Assembly: GCA_039621445.1 (NCBI GenBank)
Contig: CP154954.1
Coordinates: forward strand, 38,711,816 to 38,775,815
Origin: Euglena gracilis
Taxonomy: Eukaryota
Reading direction: 5' to 3'
DNA: 64,000 nucleotides
Numbering within the stretch: position 1 is the stretch's first letter; every line of letters starts with the position of its first letter. Both the position numbers and the translations under genes were made by a program. This document shows positions 48,770-61,890 of the stretch, in pieces. The notes below the pieces were generated by a model. It was not told where the DNA came from and did no database searches. It worked only from the letters and a program-made list of their open reading frames with translations.

Positions 48770-49930
48770 AACAGGTCGGCTGGGTTCCCACCCCCCAAAA
48801 ACCCCATTGTTGCCGGAACCATTTCAACAATTGTCCCCCAACTGCAAACTGGCGGGGGGTCAATTCGGGGTTTGGTGACCTCTCATCCTGGGCAAGAGCG
48901 CACCCCAGCCCCCCCCTTTGTCTCCAACCTTCGATCGAATTCCCCAGTCAAATGCTTGTGGTCAACCACACACACCTTAGCGGTGGATGGCATTCCCAAT
49001 TCCCCAAAACACAGCTTCCCTGTTCTTTTCCTGGAAAGCTTGCCTGAATCTCACACTTCAAAAAATGATCCAGTATTTCATCCAATCCACCGACTGCCAA
49101 TTCCCTTGTTTGCATCCCACAACACAGGGCTGTCCTTTTCCAATTGTTCCCCAACGAGGGCTGCTTCAAAAGCTTTGTGTCACATTTTACAACATTTTGG
49201 TTCCCATTGACTGGCAAAAATAAAATGGGGGTCAAAAGATTGGTAAAACAAAATTGGTTGGTTGTTTTCGATTTTTGAAAAACCTCGTGCCTTTTTTTAC
49301 TGAATCAAAAAACACTCAATATTGTCACCTTTGACGTGGCGAGAGACATCACCTTCATAACAACCGTCATCCAAATCTGCGTCATCGTCTTGCAGATATT
49401 CAATTGTTTCGAAATCAGGTTCCATTCGAAGCATGGTGATTGCTCAATCTCAATGAATCATCATTTCTTGCAATGGATCTGCAGAAGGTGCGGAAGCAGC
49501 GTCACATGCATAGGGGGTGGTTTGGACCAGCGGCGGAACACCACATTTTCAGTCGCCAAATCGACCAAACCCAAGATATGGAAATTTTTTTCCAAAAATC
49601 AGGCATACCCACTGCTGAAATTTAGTTTTCACACCAAATTGAGAACCGGCTGGGAAAGAGGTGCTGCCTGGACCCCCACAGAGGGTGGCCAAAGCGGGGA
49701 ATAAACAATTAACCGCGATTAACTGGGGGTCCCAAATTGATCAACCAAACTTCTCAAAGAAAACCACATCATCACTGCAAAGCATTTTCCACGCCGGAAA
49801 AATCTTGGGCCGAAATGGCAAAATGCCAAGGGTGGTGTTTGAGAGGTGCCTGGGGGGGGGGTGCCCGCCCCAGGGACCAAGCTGGGTTCCCCATCGTGGA
49901 AACCCCATTATTACCGGAACCACACCCAAT
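48770..49930 (-). pseudogene. Copy C of the chromo/EndoVII-like dispersed repeat
   Basis: MLRMEPDFETIEYLQDDDADLDDGCYEGDVSRHVKGDNIECF (about 49310-49434), SQWEPK (about 49195-49212), KEQGSCVL and GMPSTAKVCVVDHKHLTGEF (about 48936-49030). Confidence 0.4.
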
Positions 49931-50229
49931 TTTTCGGGATGAATTGGTGCCTCCAGTGGCCCCTCTCCCCACCTGTTAGAGCCCTGGACTGCCGAACCGC
50001 TCCTTTGGCCAACAAGCAGGGCAACACACAACTGGCATCGCCCTCAAAAGGAAAACGCCTGCCATGTGTGAGGTCAGCACTCCTTGGCCGCATAACAGCA
50101 GTGCCACACCTTCTCTGGGAAGAAAGGTCCGTCGAGTGTGGCAGGGGCGTATGAGAAGCCCTGAGGGGGAGAGGAGAATGGGGAGATGAACGGTGGGGGG
50201 GCACCATCAAAAACACATTCAAACACATG

Positions 50230-53200
50230 CACAGCCACACCCCCCTGAAAGTGAGGCCCTCCATTTCAGCAAAAAGAAGAATTGGCAAGGATGGAGAATG
50301 AAAGAATGCCAAGTGAAGCCCAAAAAAACTCGAAAATTTTGATAAGATTGCGGTTTTGGTTGGGCCAGAGCTGGCCGCAGCCCAACCAATGACTGCCTGC
50401 CCATCAAAATGACTTCCCTTTTTTTGGAGGAAAAATATATGCTGGGCCTTTTTTAAAAAAAATTTTCACTGTCAAGTGCCGACAATTTGCAGGGGCTCAC
50501 GCGGAGACTAGAATGATGTTCAAAAAACTGTCGTTCATTTTGAAACGAGGTCACCATCCACTTCAGAAAAAAAAACCGGTCAGCCACTTTTCAAAACCAA
50601 TCACTCATTTCCCACCCTCCCCCCACCTGGGGGGAGTCGGTTGCTCTGGAGACACCGAGGGAAAACTGCCTCAAAAGCAATGGATTTAGGCCAAAAACAC
50701 CCAAAAAAATTCCGGTGCGGAGGGGGGAGTCCAGCCCCCCACAAAAAAAAAAACTCCTCACACGGAAACCCAAACACCTCCCCACATGTGCACGCCTCAT
50801 CTTCACCGTCGCGGCTGGGCGCATGCCGCTCCGGCCCGCCCGCCTCCGCCACTCTGCCAGCGGCTGCGGCGGGGCTGCCTTCTGGCGACCCCGGTGTGGC
50901 CCATCCCAGAGTGCAAAGCATTGGTGCCTGTTTCTCTGTGTACGGCTTCGGACCTCCTTTCAACCCATGCTGCCCCACCAAAACGGACGGCCAACCCTTT
51001 GGTTCCGTCCCCACAGAGGAGGGGTCCATTTCATCGCACGGGGAGGGGGGGGGCACTTGAACTAACTAGACTGAAAAAAAGCGCGCCCAGACTACCCTCC
51101 CCCCCCTATGTCCAACGACCAGTAACCTCTGTCCTCCGACCGGGGGGGCGGTCGTTGGACATAGGGTAGTGACCAAAAAGGTGTCCTCTGACCGGGGGGG
51201 TGGTTGTTGGACAAGGGGTCAAAAAAAAATGTTGGCGGGTAATCGGGACCTCACCCCCCCAAAAAGGTCAAATTTTTCCTTCCGGCGCTTTGCGCCGAAA
51301 ATTTTGGGCAATTTTGACAAATTTTTGTCCAAAAAGTGCCAAAAATGGCATTTGGGCCAATTTTTTGACCAATTTGGGGCACAAAAATTTTCGGCCCGGC
51401 GCTTCGCGCCGGGACCAAAATTTTCGCCAAACCTCCAAAAAGGTGTCCTCTGACCGGGGGGGTGGTCATTGGACATAGGGGGGTCGTTGGACATAAGGGG
51501 GGGGGGTAAGCACACAGCCACCAGTGAGAGGTTCTTTCCCACTGGGGGTTGGGTTCTGGTGGAACCAACTGCTCTGTTCTGGAGGTGTGTTGCCGCAAAA
51601 AAAAACATAAAACATATGTGGTGTGTCAACACAGCCGGCATTGTCTGCCAGGCCCAATGCCACCCACCACCAAACATCAGGAGACAACATCAACATTGGT
51701 CAGTGGATCAAATCAAATGCATGGCATGGCGAGGCACTTATCATCCAATGCCTGAACCTAAACCTCATACAATGGCCTTGTTTCTGGCACGACCCAAGAA
51801 ACAAAGAGGGTAGCCAAATAAAACAGGCACAAGATGTGAGGAGCAGATAGAGCACTGGTAGAAACTCGAGCTGGCCGAAGCACACCTTTTGGCTGCCTTT
51901 GCAGCCAAAGCACGGTGAGCAGGGCCCAATGTGGCCAAGATGGCCACTGCGAAGCGGAAAGAGGTCCAAAGCAGCCAAAGCTGAACCACGGCAAGTGCAA
52001 GACCAAAGCCCTCAATGCAGGTCCAAGGTGGCAAAACTGCTTCAAAGCTGCTGAAGCGCTGCAGAACGACGCAAGACCGCATCAAAGGAGGTGGCCAGCG
52101 TGACCGAAGGAAGAAGGGCAGAAAGAGCAGGAAAGCAGGCCAAGAACACGGCCAGAAGCAGTTGACCATTGGCCACCACTAACCACCTTTCACCCATTGT
52201 CTGGTTTGGGATCATAAATGCCTCGGGACATCATGTGTCTGGTGGTGGGCAGCATATGGGCAGGCTGCAACCCCGCCCATATGGGAAACAATCAAAAAAA
52301 TTTTTCACAAAACTTAAAAATCAAAGATCACAAAACTGAGAACAAATTTCACAGGAAATTTCACAGGGAATTGGCAACAGGAACAAGCCACATGGCTTCT
52401 CTATGAACACACCAAATTCACCTGCCCCGAGGGCATCGGTGGGATGGTACAAACTGAGGGATCGGTGACGTTTTCAAAAGACAAAAAAACTGTGCCCCCC
52501 CCCTCCTGCATCTTGGTGATAAATTTCTTTGAGTTAACCGCTGGCCCAACCCGTTGTAGCCTTCACCACACCTCTGCCAAATCAAACCAACCCCAAAATG
52601 ATGGGGACGCCAGGCCGGAGGCGCTGCTGCTCCTGCGCTCCTGTTGCTGCTGCTCCTGTGCTCCTGTAGTTGCCGCTGCCTTCAGTGCTCCTTGGCAACG
52701 TACCCAACTGGGGGAAAAAATGCGAACCCTGGTGGACTGCATGTGTCGTGCATTGGACGCTGAACCTTCATTGTGTGTGTGTGTGTGTGTGTGTCTGTGC
52801 GCGCGCGCGCGAGCGTTTGCCAAAAACATGCTCATCTGCGTGCCTGTGGATTGTATGGCCACCTGAGGGAGACAACAACATGCACAACCATTGAGGTAGC
52901 ATCGGGCACTGGGCAGACAGGTGGGGGTGGGTGCTGGGCTGGCATGGGCAGCACACACGTCGAAGTCGAACTTCATGGTGGAGAGGACCTGAATGTACCA
53001 GAGGGCAATGATGCAAAATAATGAGGGAAAACACACCATACTGCAATCCAGTTTCAGAAAAAACCAGTCACCCCTTGCCCCCCGAATGGGAAAAGAACAC
53101 TGGGCGGTATGGGCTGCACTCTACATCGAACAATTGCATGGTGAGGATGAAAAGCAAAGTATAATGCCTTTGGAAACTTCGAATCCATGCGCTCCACCGC

Positions 53201-53690
53201 CTTCCTTGTTTCCATCCTGCCATTTTTGACTGAAGTCAAGCGCGACACCTCTCTTCGTGCGTGTTCCCGCCAATCCAGCAGTGCACACCTGAGCGGTTTG
53301 CGGCGAGAGGTGTGCAGAGGTGCTGCTTCGCATATGCCCCCGCGCACGCCCCTGCGCCTACCACCCGTGCCTTCGCTGCCGCCTGCCAGATCCCTTCAGT
53401 GACCCCTGCTCATACCACGCCGGGTTCGCCGGGTTGAGGTGGGGGAAAAGCATGCTTCCATTCCACTCCACCATCATATGCCCCCACACGTGTCCATCGC
53501 ACGCGTTCGGTGCACACTCCTGGGGGTGTGGTACAAGCGTCCACGGGTTGGAAGAGGGAAACCCAGCAACGGTGAGCTGCCAGGTGGGAGCAGGGGGCCC
53601 TGAGTTGGCGGGTGGGGAGGTGCTCGGTTGGCGATGGCAGCTGCAGCAGCACCATGGCTCCGAGGTGGACTGGAGATGGGGCTGAGTGCC
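50230..53690. repeat. Duplicate of 18840-20740 with extra insertions
   Basis: Collinear similarity; insertions at about 50315-50775, 51095-51506 and 52870-53430. Confidence 0.8.
51095..51506. mobile_element. MITE with TA TSD (same TIR family as 2585-3143)
   Basis: TA|CCCTCCCCCCCCTATGTCCAACGACC...GGTCGTTGGACATAAGGGG..G|TA; empty site CCCAGATTAAGCACAC at 19176-19191. Confidence 0.88.
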
Positions 53691-54664
53691 AATCCCCTGC
53701 TCACCCCCGCAACCAAGGGGAAAAAAAACTGGCAGATGCCTGACCAAAACACCGACCAAAATTGTCCCCAGCCAGAGGAGAATGCATTGAAAAGCTTTCC
53801 TGTCAGACTTGCATGTACATGTATATATTCCATTTTTTCCAGAATTTTCCCTGAAAATCACGACCATTCAAAAAAAAAACTCAGTTCACCTGAATTTCTG
53901 ATCTTCTGGTGATCACATGTTCTCATAACCCAGAATGTTTGCACGTGTGCGCGCATTGTCCCGGACCATATTGCCGGGGGAGCAGGGTGCAGTGGCCGCC
54001 CGCGTGGTGAGAGGTCGACCTGAAAATGCAATCACCCAGGGGTGGGCAATCACCCACCCCTCAATTATGATGCTCAGCCCCCCCAAAAGCAAGGGTCCAG
54101 ACCCCCCCCCAGTCGTTGTTTTGGGGGTGTGCTGTTGTACTGACACAACCCTGTCGAGCATTCTTCTCAAGGGCACCGATTTTTTTGGTCAAAAATTTCC
54201 TTCCGCACTGGTGGCACCAAAGCATTTTTTCTTTGCATGGTGCTGTGGTGGGGAGGGGGGGGGGGTCGACCCCCCCCCCCGGTCTTAAAAGAAATCCATA
54301 AAATTCAGGGAGTGGTGTTCCATTCAAACCCTGCAGGTTTTGCTTTGCTGTGTGCTGGTCTGGGGGCAGCTTTTGGTGCAATAAAAAAAAGTGATAAAAA
54401 GAGACAATTGTCCTCATTTCATGTGGATTCACTCAATCAATTGTTTGCACCGGGGTTCAACAAAAAAGCGTTCGGGGCGGGGGGGGGGGGGGGGGGGAAG
54501 TTTGGGGGGGGGGCATTTGGGGGGGGGGGGAAACAAAGAAAATAAAAACAACTAACAAACCGCTAGGCGACTTGTGGGTGTCGTGGGGATTGCAGCCCTC
54601 GCCAAATGAAAACTGGCCCAAAATACATTATTTACAAATTTATTTTTATAAAACCATTGTGAGT

Positions 54665-54673
54665 GTGATGATA

Positions 54674-54716
<43 letters not shown>

Positions 54717-54720
54717 CGAT
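54665..54720. repeat. (GAT)n microsatellite
   Basis: Direct reading. Confidence 0.95.
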
Positions 54721-57643
54721 GTGCGACGAGAACGACCATGATCATGATTATTATATATCACTAACGTGAACAAAGGCGTCGCGGGTACCCTGGGGGGGGT
54801 CTGGCGGACCGACCCACCACAGGGAGGGGGGTCTGGACCCACCCACCCAACCCCTGGGGGCCTCGGGGGGACCCACTTTTGGGGGGTCAATTCTGGGTCC
54901 AAAAAAAATAGACAATCCAAAAGTTGTGCCCGGGGGGGGGAGGGTGGGTGGCTGACCCGGGGGGGGGGGGGTCGGGCTGAGTGGGTACCCCACCAGAGGC
55001 GGAGTTTTGTTCTATTTTTTTTGAAAAAAAATCCTTGCATCCAACTCTGTGGGTGGGGCAATGAGAGGGGCGAGCAGCGGAACACCTGGCGGGCAGGCCG
55101 GCCAATGCTTCGGAGGGCGCTGGGGAGGGGCTGGGGGACTGGGGGCTGCCCGCACCCGCACCCGCACCCGCCGTTCCGGCTGCGGCCGCCACCGCCTCCG
55201 CCGCCGGCCCCGGCTGCCGCGTCTTCAGTGCCCCCTGGTCGCGCCGCAAGCCAAAGACATACGGGGGGTGGGGGTGCGGCGCAGGCTGCGTGAGGTGGGG
55301 GCGAGGCGCGGGAGAGACAGCAGGGGATGGACTCCACCAACTCCACTAACCTATACCAGAAACGTGTTTTGGTGTGCGTGCATGCGCAGAAGCGTGCGAG
55401 TCACCCAGGAAAGTTTTTGACACACTGGGAAGCAAACTAATATGAAAAAACCAGAGTCGCAAACCACCAAAGCCTGGTGGGCGGTGCCACGGGGCACTGG
55501 ATTGGAAGGGGGGTTGTGGTAGGGCCACGTTGTGAGAGGCCGAGTTCAAAATAAAAATAAATACTGATGGAATGGAATACAACATGCAACGTGCCAATAT
55601 TTTTTTAAAAAAAGAGAGAGGATAAGAGAGTCCAAACCAAATTGCTTCCAGAATACACAGATAAACCAACCTTTCTACAAAATGCATTTTCAACAAAAAA
55701 CAATTGAAACACAGAATATCATTTCTTGATCAAACAAGGAAACAGAAAACAATGCTAAATAGCTATAACGTTAATAAAATACAATAAATCAACAACTGAG
55801 TTTTGATGGTTGGGCAGAAACAACAAAATTTGAATCAGGCACAAACGACTCCCACCACTGCTGAATAAAAAATTGCAAGTTTCAATGATGCCTCACAAAA
55901 ACTTTGAAGCCCACAACACTGTTGGTGCCCACAGCAACAAAAAAAGTTGGTTGTGCACAGACTTTTTCCCAAAAACGAGTCGCAAAAAATTGGTTCTCAC
56001 ACGTGACCCACAAAAAAGACCTTGGACGAATGCAAGTTTCATGGTGATGACCACCATCACATTCTGTTTCCCAAACCCATGCTCCCCCCCTTTTCATAGA
56101 GCACAGCAGCAGATGTCGTTTGATGCCAGAATCAGGACAAATAGCAAAAAAAAAAGAAAATGATGATGTGGTTGCCATTGGCCCATCACCATAGCCCTTT
56201 TGTTCCACCATTGCCACCATGTGGTTGGCAGTTGACGGGAGGTGCCAAGGGCAATGTTTTGGGTAACACCTTTAAACAAATGCCAAGGTGCAATTCAAAC
56301 CCCCCAAAAAACACTTTTGGCGTCTTCCCACCAGCTTACAACTTTCACACTCCATTTTTTTTTCACAACAGCAACACCTCTGGACACCATTCGTTGCAAA
56401 ACTCCTCCAGCCATCATTGAAAACACGGCTCCTCAGGCTCCACCCACACCAACAAAAAAACCAACCCAAAAGTAGCCCCCAGGCACGGCAAAAAGGAAAA
56501 AAAAAGTCGGCGGAGAAGGCGGCGATGTTGTTGTAATGAATGAGAGGAGAGGGAGGATTGGGCGGCGGCTGAGGCGATCCTGGGAGCTGTCATTTCACCC
56601 CCGTGTGCCCAGCCCCCCCACCCCACACCCCCCGGGGCCCTACGCTATGTGACAGCCCCCGCCAGGCGGGGCAGTCAGGCGACAAGCGAAGGGCCGGTTG
56701 GGAATCCCGGCTACGGTGTCCCCCCTCACCCCCCCCCCCCTACGGCCCCGCTCCCAACCGGCCCTTCTCGCGGCGGAAGGCCAAGGGGGTCCCCCTTCCC
56801 CTTGGCCGCGGTCTGCCCGGTTTGCCAGGCCCAGGGCCCTGGCCCAGCCGCGCTTAGTGGCGCCGGGGCGCCCGGGGTGGCCGGGGTGGCGGGGGGGGCA
56901 GCCTCGGGGGCGGCCTCCTTTCCAGGCGGGAGGGGGATGGGGCATGGGAGGGAGGGGATGGGGGGTTGGGGGAGGGCTGGTGGGCAGCCCACATCGCTGT
57001 GGGCCGCCCGCCAACCCTGCCCCCGGCGTGCGTGCCAACCGCTGCGGGTCGTGGCCACCGTCCCCTTTTAAACCGGAGAGGGAGGAGAGGGCGCAAAGCA
57101 GGGGGGACTGATGGGGGGCCGGCATCCCTGTGGGCCACCCACCAGCCTCCCCCTGGCAGGGAGGGGAAACTGTGCCGGGAGGGAGGGAGGGGGCGTAGAT
57201 CCCAAAAGCAAGGGGATGGGGAGAAAAAGAGGCCTGGCAGATGCGCTGGGTGGAGCTGAGGGGCCGGGGCTGAGGGGCTGCCCACCGCGGCCTGCAAGGT
57301 GGGAACTGCGCTGTTGGGCTGAACCCCCAGTTTGCTGGGCTTCGTTTGGCATTTTTAAGGCTGGTATTGGGGGGGGGATGTGGAATTCCCCCAAAATAGG
57401 ATCTCGTCACAGAAAGAAAACCTTGTCTGTCACCCTGCAACAGAACCCATCCTTTTGGGTATCATGCGACCTTCTAAGGTCTGCTTCCAAAACCACCCCC
57501 CATGCCCTGATTTATGCCTAAAAATTGCCAAAATTTTGCTGTTCGGGGGGAGGCGGGCGGCAGTGGTTCTGGCATTGATGGGGTTTGTGGCGGTGGGGAA
57601 CCCAGCTGACCTGGTCCCGGGGGCTGGTTGCGCATTTTGGCAC

Positions 57644-57909
57644 CAGGGGTGTTTTTAAGACCAGGGGGGAGGGCCCCCCACCCACCCCCTGGGGGGGGAC
57701 CCTCCCTGGGAGGGGGTCCCGGGGGGCTCACAAAAAAATTACCGAAAAGGCGCGAAAAGTGTTAAAATGCACAATTTCAAAAATTTTCGGTGCCAAAGGC
57801 ACTGAAAAGTATATCCCACCCCCCTACGGGGGACCCCCCCGGGTGGGGGGCTTGGCCAGACGACCCACCCTACTCCCCCCCCCGGGTCCATGACTAAAAA
57901 AAACTCCTG
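57644..57909. mobile_element. hAT-like MITE (family B) inserted in a dispersed satellite monomer
   Basis: CAGGGGTGTTTTTAAG...CTAAAAAAAACTCCTG; perfect TSD TTTGGCAC (57636-57643, 57910-57917); monomer sequence on both sides (about 57500-57960). Confidence 0.85.
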
Positions 57910-60163
57910 TTTGGCACCCCCCGCTTTCCTGGCATTGAGGCAATCTGGCCCCTAAAACAACGCCCCCACACACAAGCACACACATACCACATAAAGCCCA
58001 GGGGGCTGTTTGCCAAGCTGCGGATGGAGCGCACATAATGGGGCTGCTGATAAAACCACGGGGAGCCTGTGAGGGGGAAATATTGAGGAGAGAGGCTTCC
58101 TCGAGTCCTTCCAGGCTATTGTCAGTTTCGATATTCCCAACCGTTCCTCAGGAGAAACCACCACGGATCCCATGCATCCCAAAATCCGTCATTTGCCCAG
58201 GGCTTCAGATGATCAGGCACGATTCAGATTTTTGAGGCACCCCAGGGTGGACCCACCCCCACACGTGTTCCCTTCTCAAACACACAGAGACATTCCAATG
58301 GGGAGACACAACCTCTCAAATGACCATCAACAATGGAGAGGGTGTTAACCAGGGTTGGATGGGAAGCCCTTCGGGATTGAGGTAGGTGGGAGGGGGGTCC
58401 GGACCCTCCCACCCCCCCCCTCCTTGACAGGTGCCAAAAATAGCAGAAAATTTTCTTCCGCTGCGGAAAATGAGCAAAAACACCCCCTTTTGCTGACTTT
58501 TGGACATATTGCCCATTTTTTGCCCACCCCCCCCCCTCTGTGTCGGGAGGGGGGGTCCGACCATACATCTCTTTAAGGACCCCGGGGGGGGGTGCTGGGC
58601 TAGGGCTAGAAGTTTGGGCTGGCTAGAAATTTGGGCTGGCTAGCCCGCCCCCCCCCCCTGGGGGGGGGAGGGGGGGGTCGGACCCATACATCTCTCTAAG
58701 GTTTTGCGAACCCCCCCCCCCGGGGGTGCGGCTGCAGCCAGCCCCGATTTGGGCCCAGCCCAGCCGCAGCAGCACCCCCCCCCGGGGGGGTGCTGCTAGC
58801 CCAGCTAGCCAGCCCCTTTTTTGGGGGTCCAGCCCAAAATTTTTCGGCGCAAAGCGCCGAAATTTTTTGAAAAATTGTGTTCAAAAGTGGCCAAAAATGG
58901 GGTTTGGGGGCGTTTGGGGCATTTTTGGGGGGTTTCAGATGCATCATTTTTTCAAAACTGTGTTTTGCAGGTCATTTTTGGGCATTTTTCCGATTTCAGT
59001 CTAGCTCGCCCCGGTTCGGGTCCAGCCGGGGTCCAGCCCCCCCCAAGGCTTCCCATCCAACCGTGGTGTCAACACACAGCAGGCTCAAATAGAGGCACAC
59101 CACGTTGTTATGTCCCACGTGGCGGAAGCCAGGGGCCATACGGACTGGGGCCCCCGTTCCGCGCCGGGAACCCTCGCTCGGCCAGGGCGAACCGAGGCCA
59201 AGCGAGGTCATCCGACACGGCCGGGGGGGGGGAGTGCAGGGGATGTGCTGTCATTGCAGGCAGCCTCCTTTGCCACCACCAAAAACCAGGATTGCCAGGA
59301 GCAGTGTGGTCAGGGTAGAGCCGATGGTCTGTCCAACACAAACTGACTTTTCAAAAACCGGTCACCCACTTCCAAAAACCAATCACCCACACCCTGCCCC
59401 CTGCCCCCCACCCCAGGGGGGGATGGTCAGTTACACTGACCACTGGGCCAAAATGACAAAATGGCAAAAAAATGTGCCGAAAATCAATGCACTTTGGTTA
59501 AAAAAAACCCTAAAATTTTCCGGCGCCTTTGGTGCTAGGTGGCCGACCCCACTGCCCTCCAGGGGGGGGGGAGCTAAAAACCAATCACTCACTCCGAAAA
59601 AAATTGGTCAGTCACCGGGGGGGGGGGGGGGGGGGCACACTCCATGGCAAGCAATGGTGTGGTGCAGAGGGTCAAAGACAGTTTCCCGGGAGACCATTTC
59701 AGGGGGGAGGGGTGGGGACAAAATCCCAATAACCAACCCCCTGCTCTGGCACATAAACAGCTGGGACAATTTCCTGGGCAGGTCAGGGTCGGAGGGGGAA
59801 AAGTTGACATTATCGGCCACCGGGGACAAAAAAAAACCGAAAAGCATTTTTCCACAAATTTGTGGCTGGAAGCCTGGAGAAAATGTTCAGAATTTTTTAA
59901 CCGGCTTTTGAACAAAAAAAAAAACAAAGAGACAGGTCAGCATGAACAAGGGTGGGAGACAGGTCCCCATGAAGACAGATTAATGGGCAGGTACAGAGGG
60001 CAGACAGAGGACAATTCTCCCGGCATCACAATGTCACAACGTTGCCAGGAAGCTGCCAGGCGGCTGCCGGGGGCTGACGGCCACACGCTGCTGGATCGGC
60101 GGCAGCGTTGGTGTGGTGGTGTTGTGGGCTGACTCACAGGCAGGCTAGTTTCCGGTGCAAGCA

Positions 60164-61890
60164 GGGTGGCCGGGGGCTTCGGGGGTTGAGCCGGAGGTGC
60201 GGGGGTGGGCCCAGGGTGGCCGGGGGCTTAGGGAGGTTAGGTCGGAGGTGTGGGGGTGGGCCCAGGGTGGCCGGGGGCTTCGGGGGTTGAGCCGGAGGTG
60301 CGGGGGTGGGCCCAGGGTGGCCGGGGGCTTCGGGGGTTGAGCCGGAGGTGCGGGGGTGAGCCCAATGCTGTGGGGGTCGGTGGTTCAGGCGGTGGGGTTC
60401 AGGTGGCTGTGCACAGCACCCCCGTTCCGCGCCGGGAACCCTCGCTCGGCCAGGGCGAACCGAGGCCAAGCGAGGTCATCCGACACGGGGGAGGGGATGT
60501 GGCAGGGTGGCCGGGGGCTTCGGGGGTTGAGCCGGAGGTGCGGGGGTGGGCCCAGGGTGGCCGGGGGCTTCGGGGGTTGAGCCGGAGGTGCGGGGGTGGG
60601 CCCAGGGTGGCCGGGGGCTTCGGGGGTTGAGCCGGAGGTGCGGGGTTGGGGCCAGGGGGGCCGGGGGCTTCGGGGGTTGAGCCAGAGCTGCGGGGGTGAG
60701 CCCAATGCTGTGGGGTCGGTGGTTCAGGCGGTGGGGTTCAGGTGGCTGTGCACAGCACCCCCGTTCCGCGCCGGGAACCCTCGCTCGGCCAGGGCGAACC
60801 GAGGCCAAGCGAGGTCATCCGACACGGGGGAGGGGATGTGGCAGGGTGGCCGGGGGCTTCGGGGGTTGAGCCGGAGGTGCGGGGGTGGGCCCAGGGTGGC
60901 CGGGGGCTTCGGGGGTTGAGCCGGAGGTGCGGGGGTGGGCCCAGGGTGGCCGGGGGCTTCGGGGGTTGAGCCGGAGCTGCGGGGGTGAGCCCAATGCTGT
61001 GGGGGTCGGTGGTTCAGGCGGTGGGGTTCAGGTGGCTGTGCACAGCACCCCCGTTCCGCGCCGGGAACCCTCGCTCGGCCAGGGCGAACCGAGGCCAAGG
61101 GAGGTCATCCGACACGGGGGAGGGGATGTGGCAGGGTGGCCAGGGGGCTTCGGGGGTTGAGCCGGAGGTGCGGGGGTGGGCCCAGGGTGGCCGGGGGCTT
61201 CGGGGGTTGAGCCGGAGGTGCGGGGGCGGGCCCAGGGTGGCCGGGGGCTTCGGGGGTTGAGCCGGAGGTGCGGGGGTGGGCCCAGGGTGGCCGGGGGCTT
61301 CGGGGGTTGAGCCGGAGGTGCGGGGGTGAGCCCAATGCTGTGGGGGTCGGTGGTTCAGGCGGTGGGGTTCAGGTGGCTGTGCTCAGCACCCCCGTTCCGC
61401 GCCGGGAACCCTCGCTCGGCCAGGGCGAACCGAGGCCAAGCGAGGTCATCCGACACGGGGGAGGGGATGTGGCAGGGTGGCCGGGGGCTTCGGGGGTGAG
61501 CCGGAGGTGCGGGGGTGGGCCCAGGGTGGCCGGGGGCTTCGGGGGTTGAGCCGGAGGTGCGGGGGTGGGCCCAGGGTGGCCGGGGGCTTCGGGGGTTGAG
61601 CCAGAGCTGCGGGGGTGAGCCCAATGCTGTGGGGGTCGGTGGTTCAGGCGGTGGGGTTCAGGTGGCTGTGCACAGCACCCCCGTTCCGCGCCGGGAACCC
61701 TCGCTCGGCCAGGGCGAACCGAGGCCAAGCGAGGTCATCCGACACGGGGGAGGGGATGTGGCAGGGTGGCCGGGGGCTTCGGGGGTTGAGCCGGAGGTGC
61801 GGGGGTGGGCCCAGGGTGGCCGGGGGCTTCGGGGGTTGAGCCGGAGGTGCGGGGGTGGGCCCAGGGTGGCCGGGGGCTTCGGGGGTTGAG
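60164..61890. repeat. G-rich higher-order tandem array: 2-4 copies of a 50-bp unit alternating with a ~140-bp unit
   Basis: CAGGGTGGCCGGGGGCTTCGGGGGTTGAGCCGGAGGTGCGGGGGTGGGCC repeats; five CCCAATGCTGTGGGG...CATCCGACACGGGGGAGGGGATGTGG modules. Confidence 0.95.
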
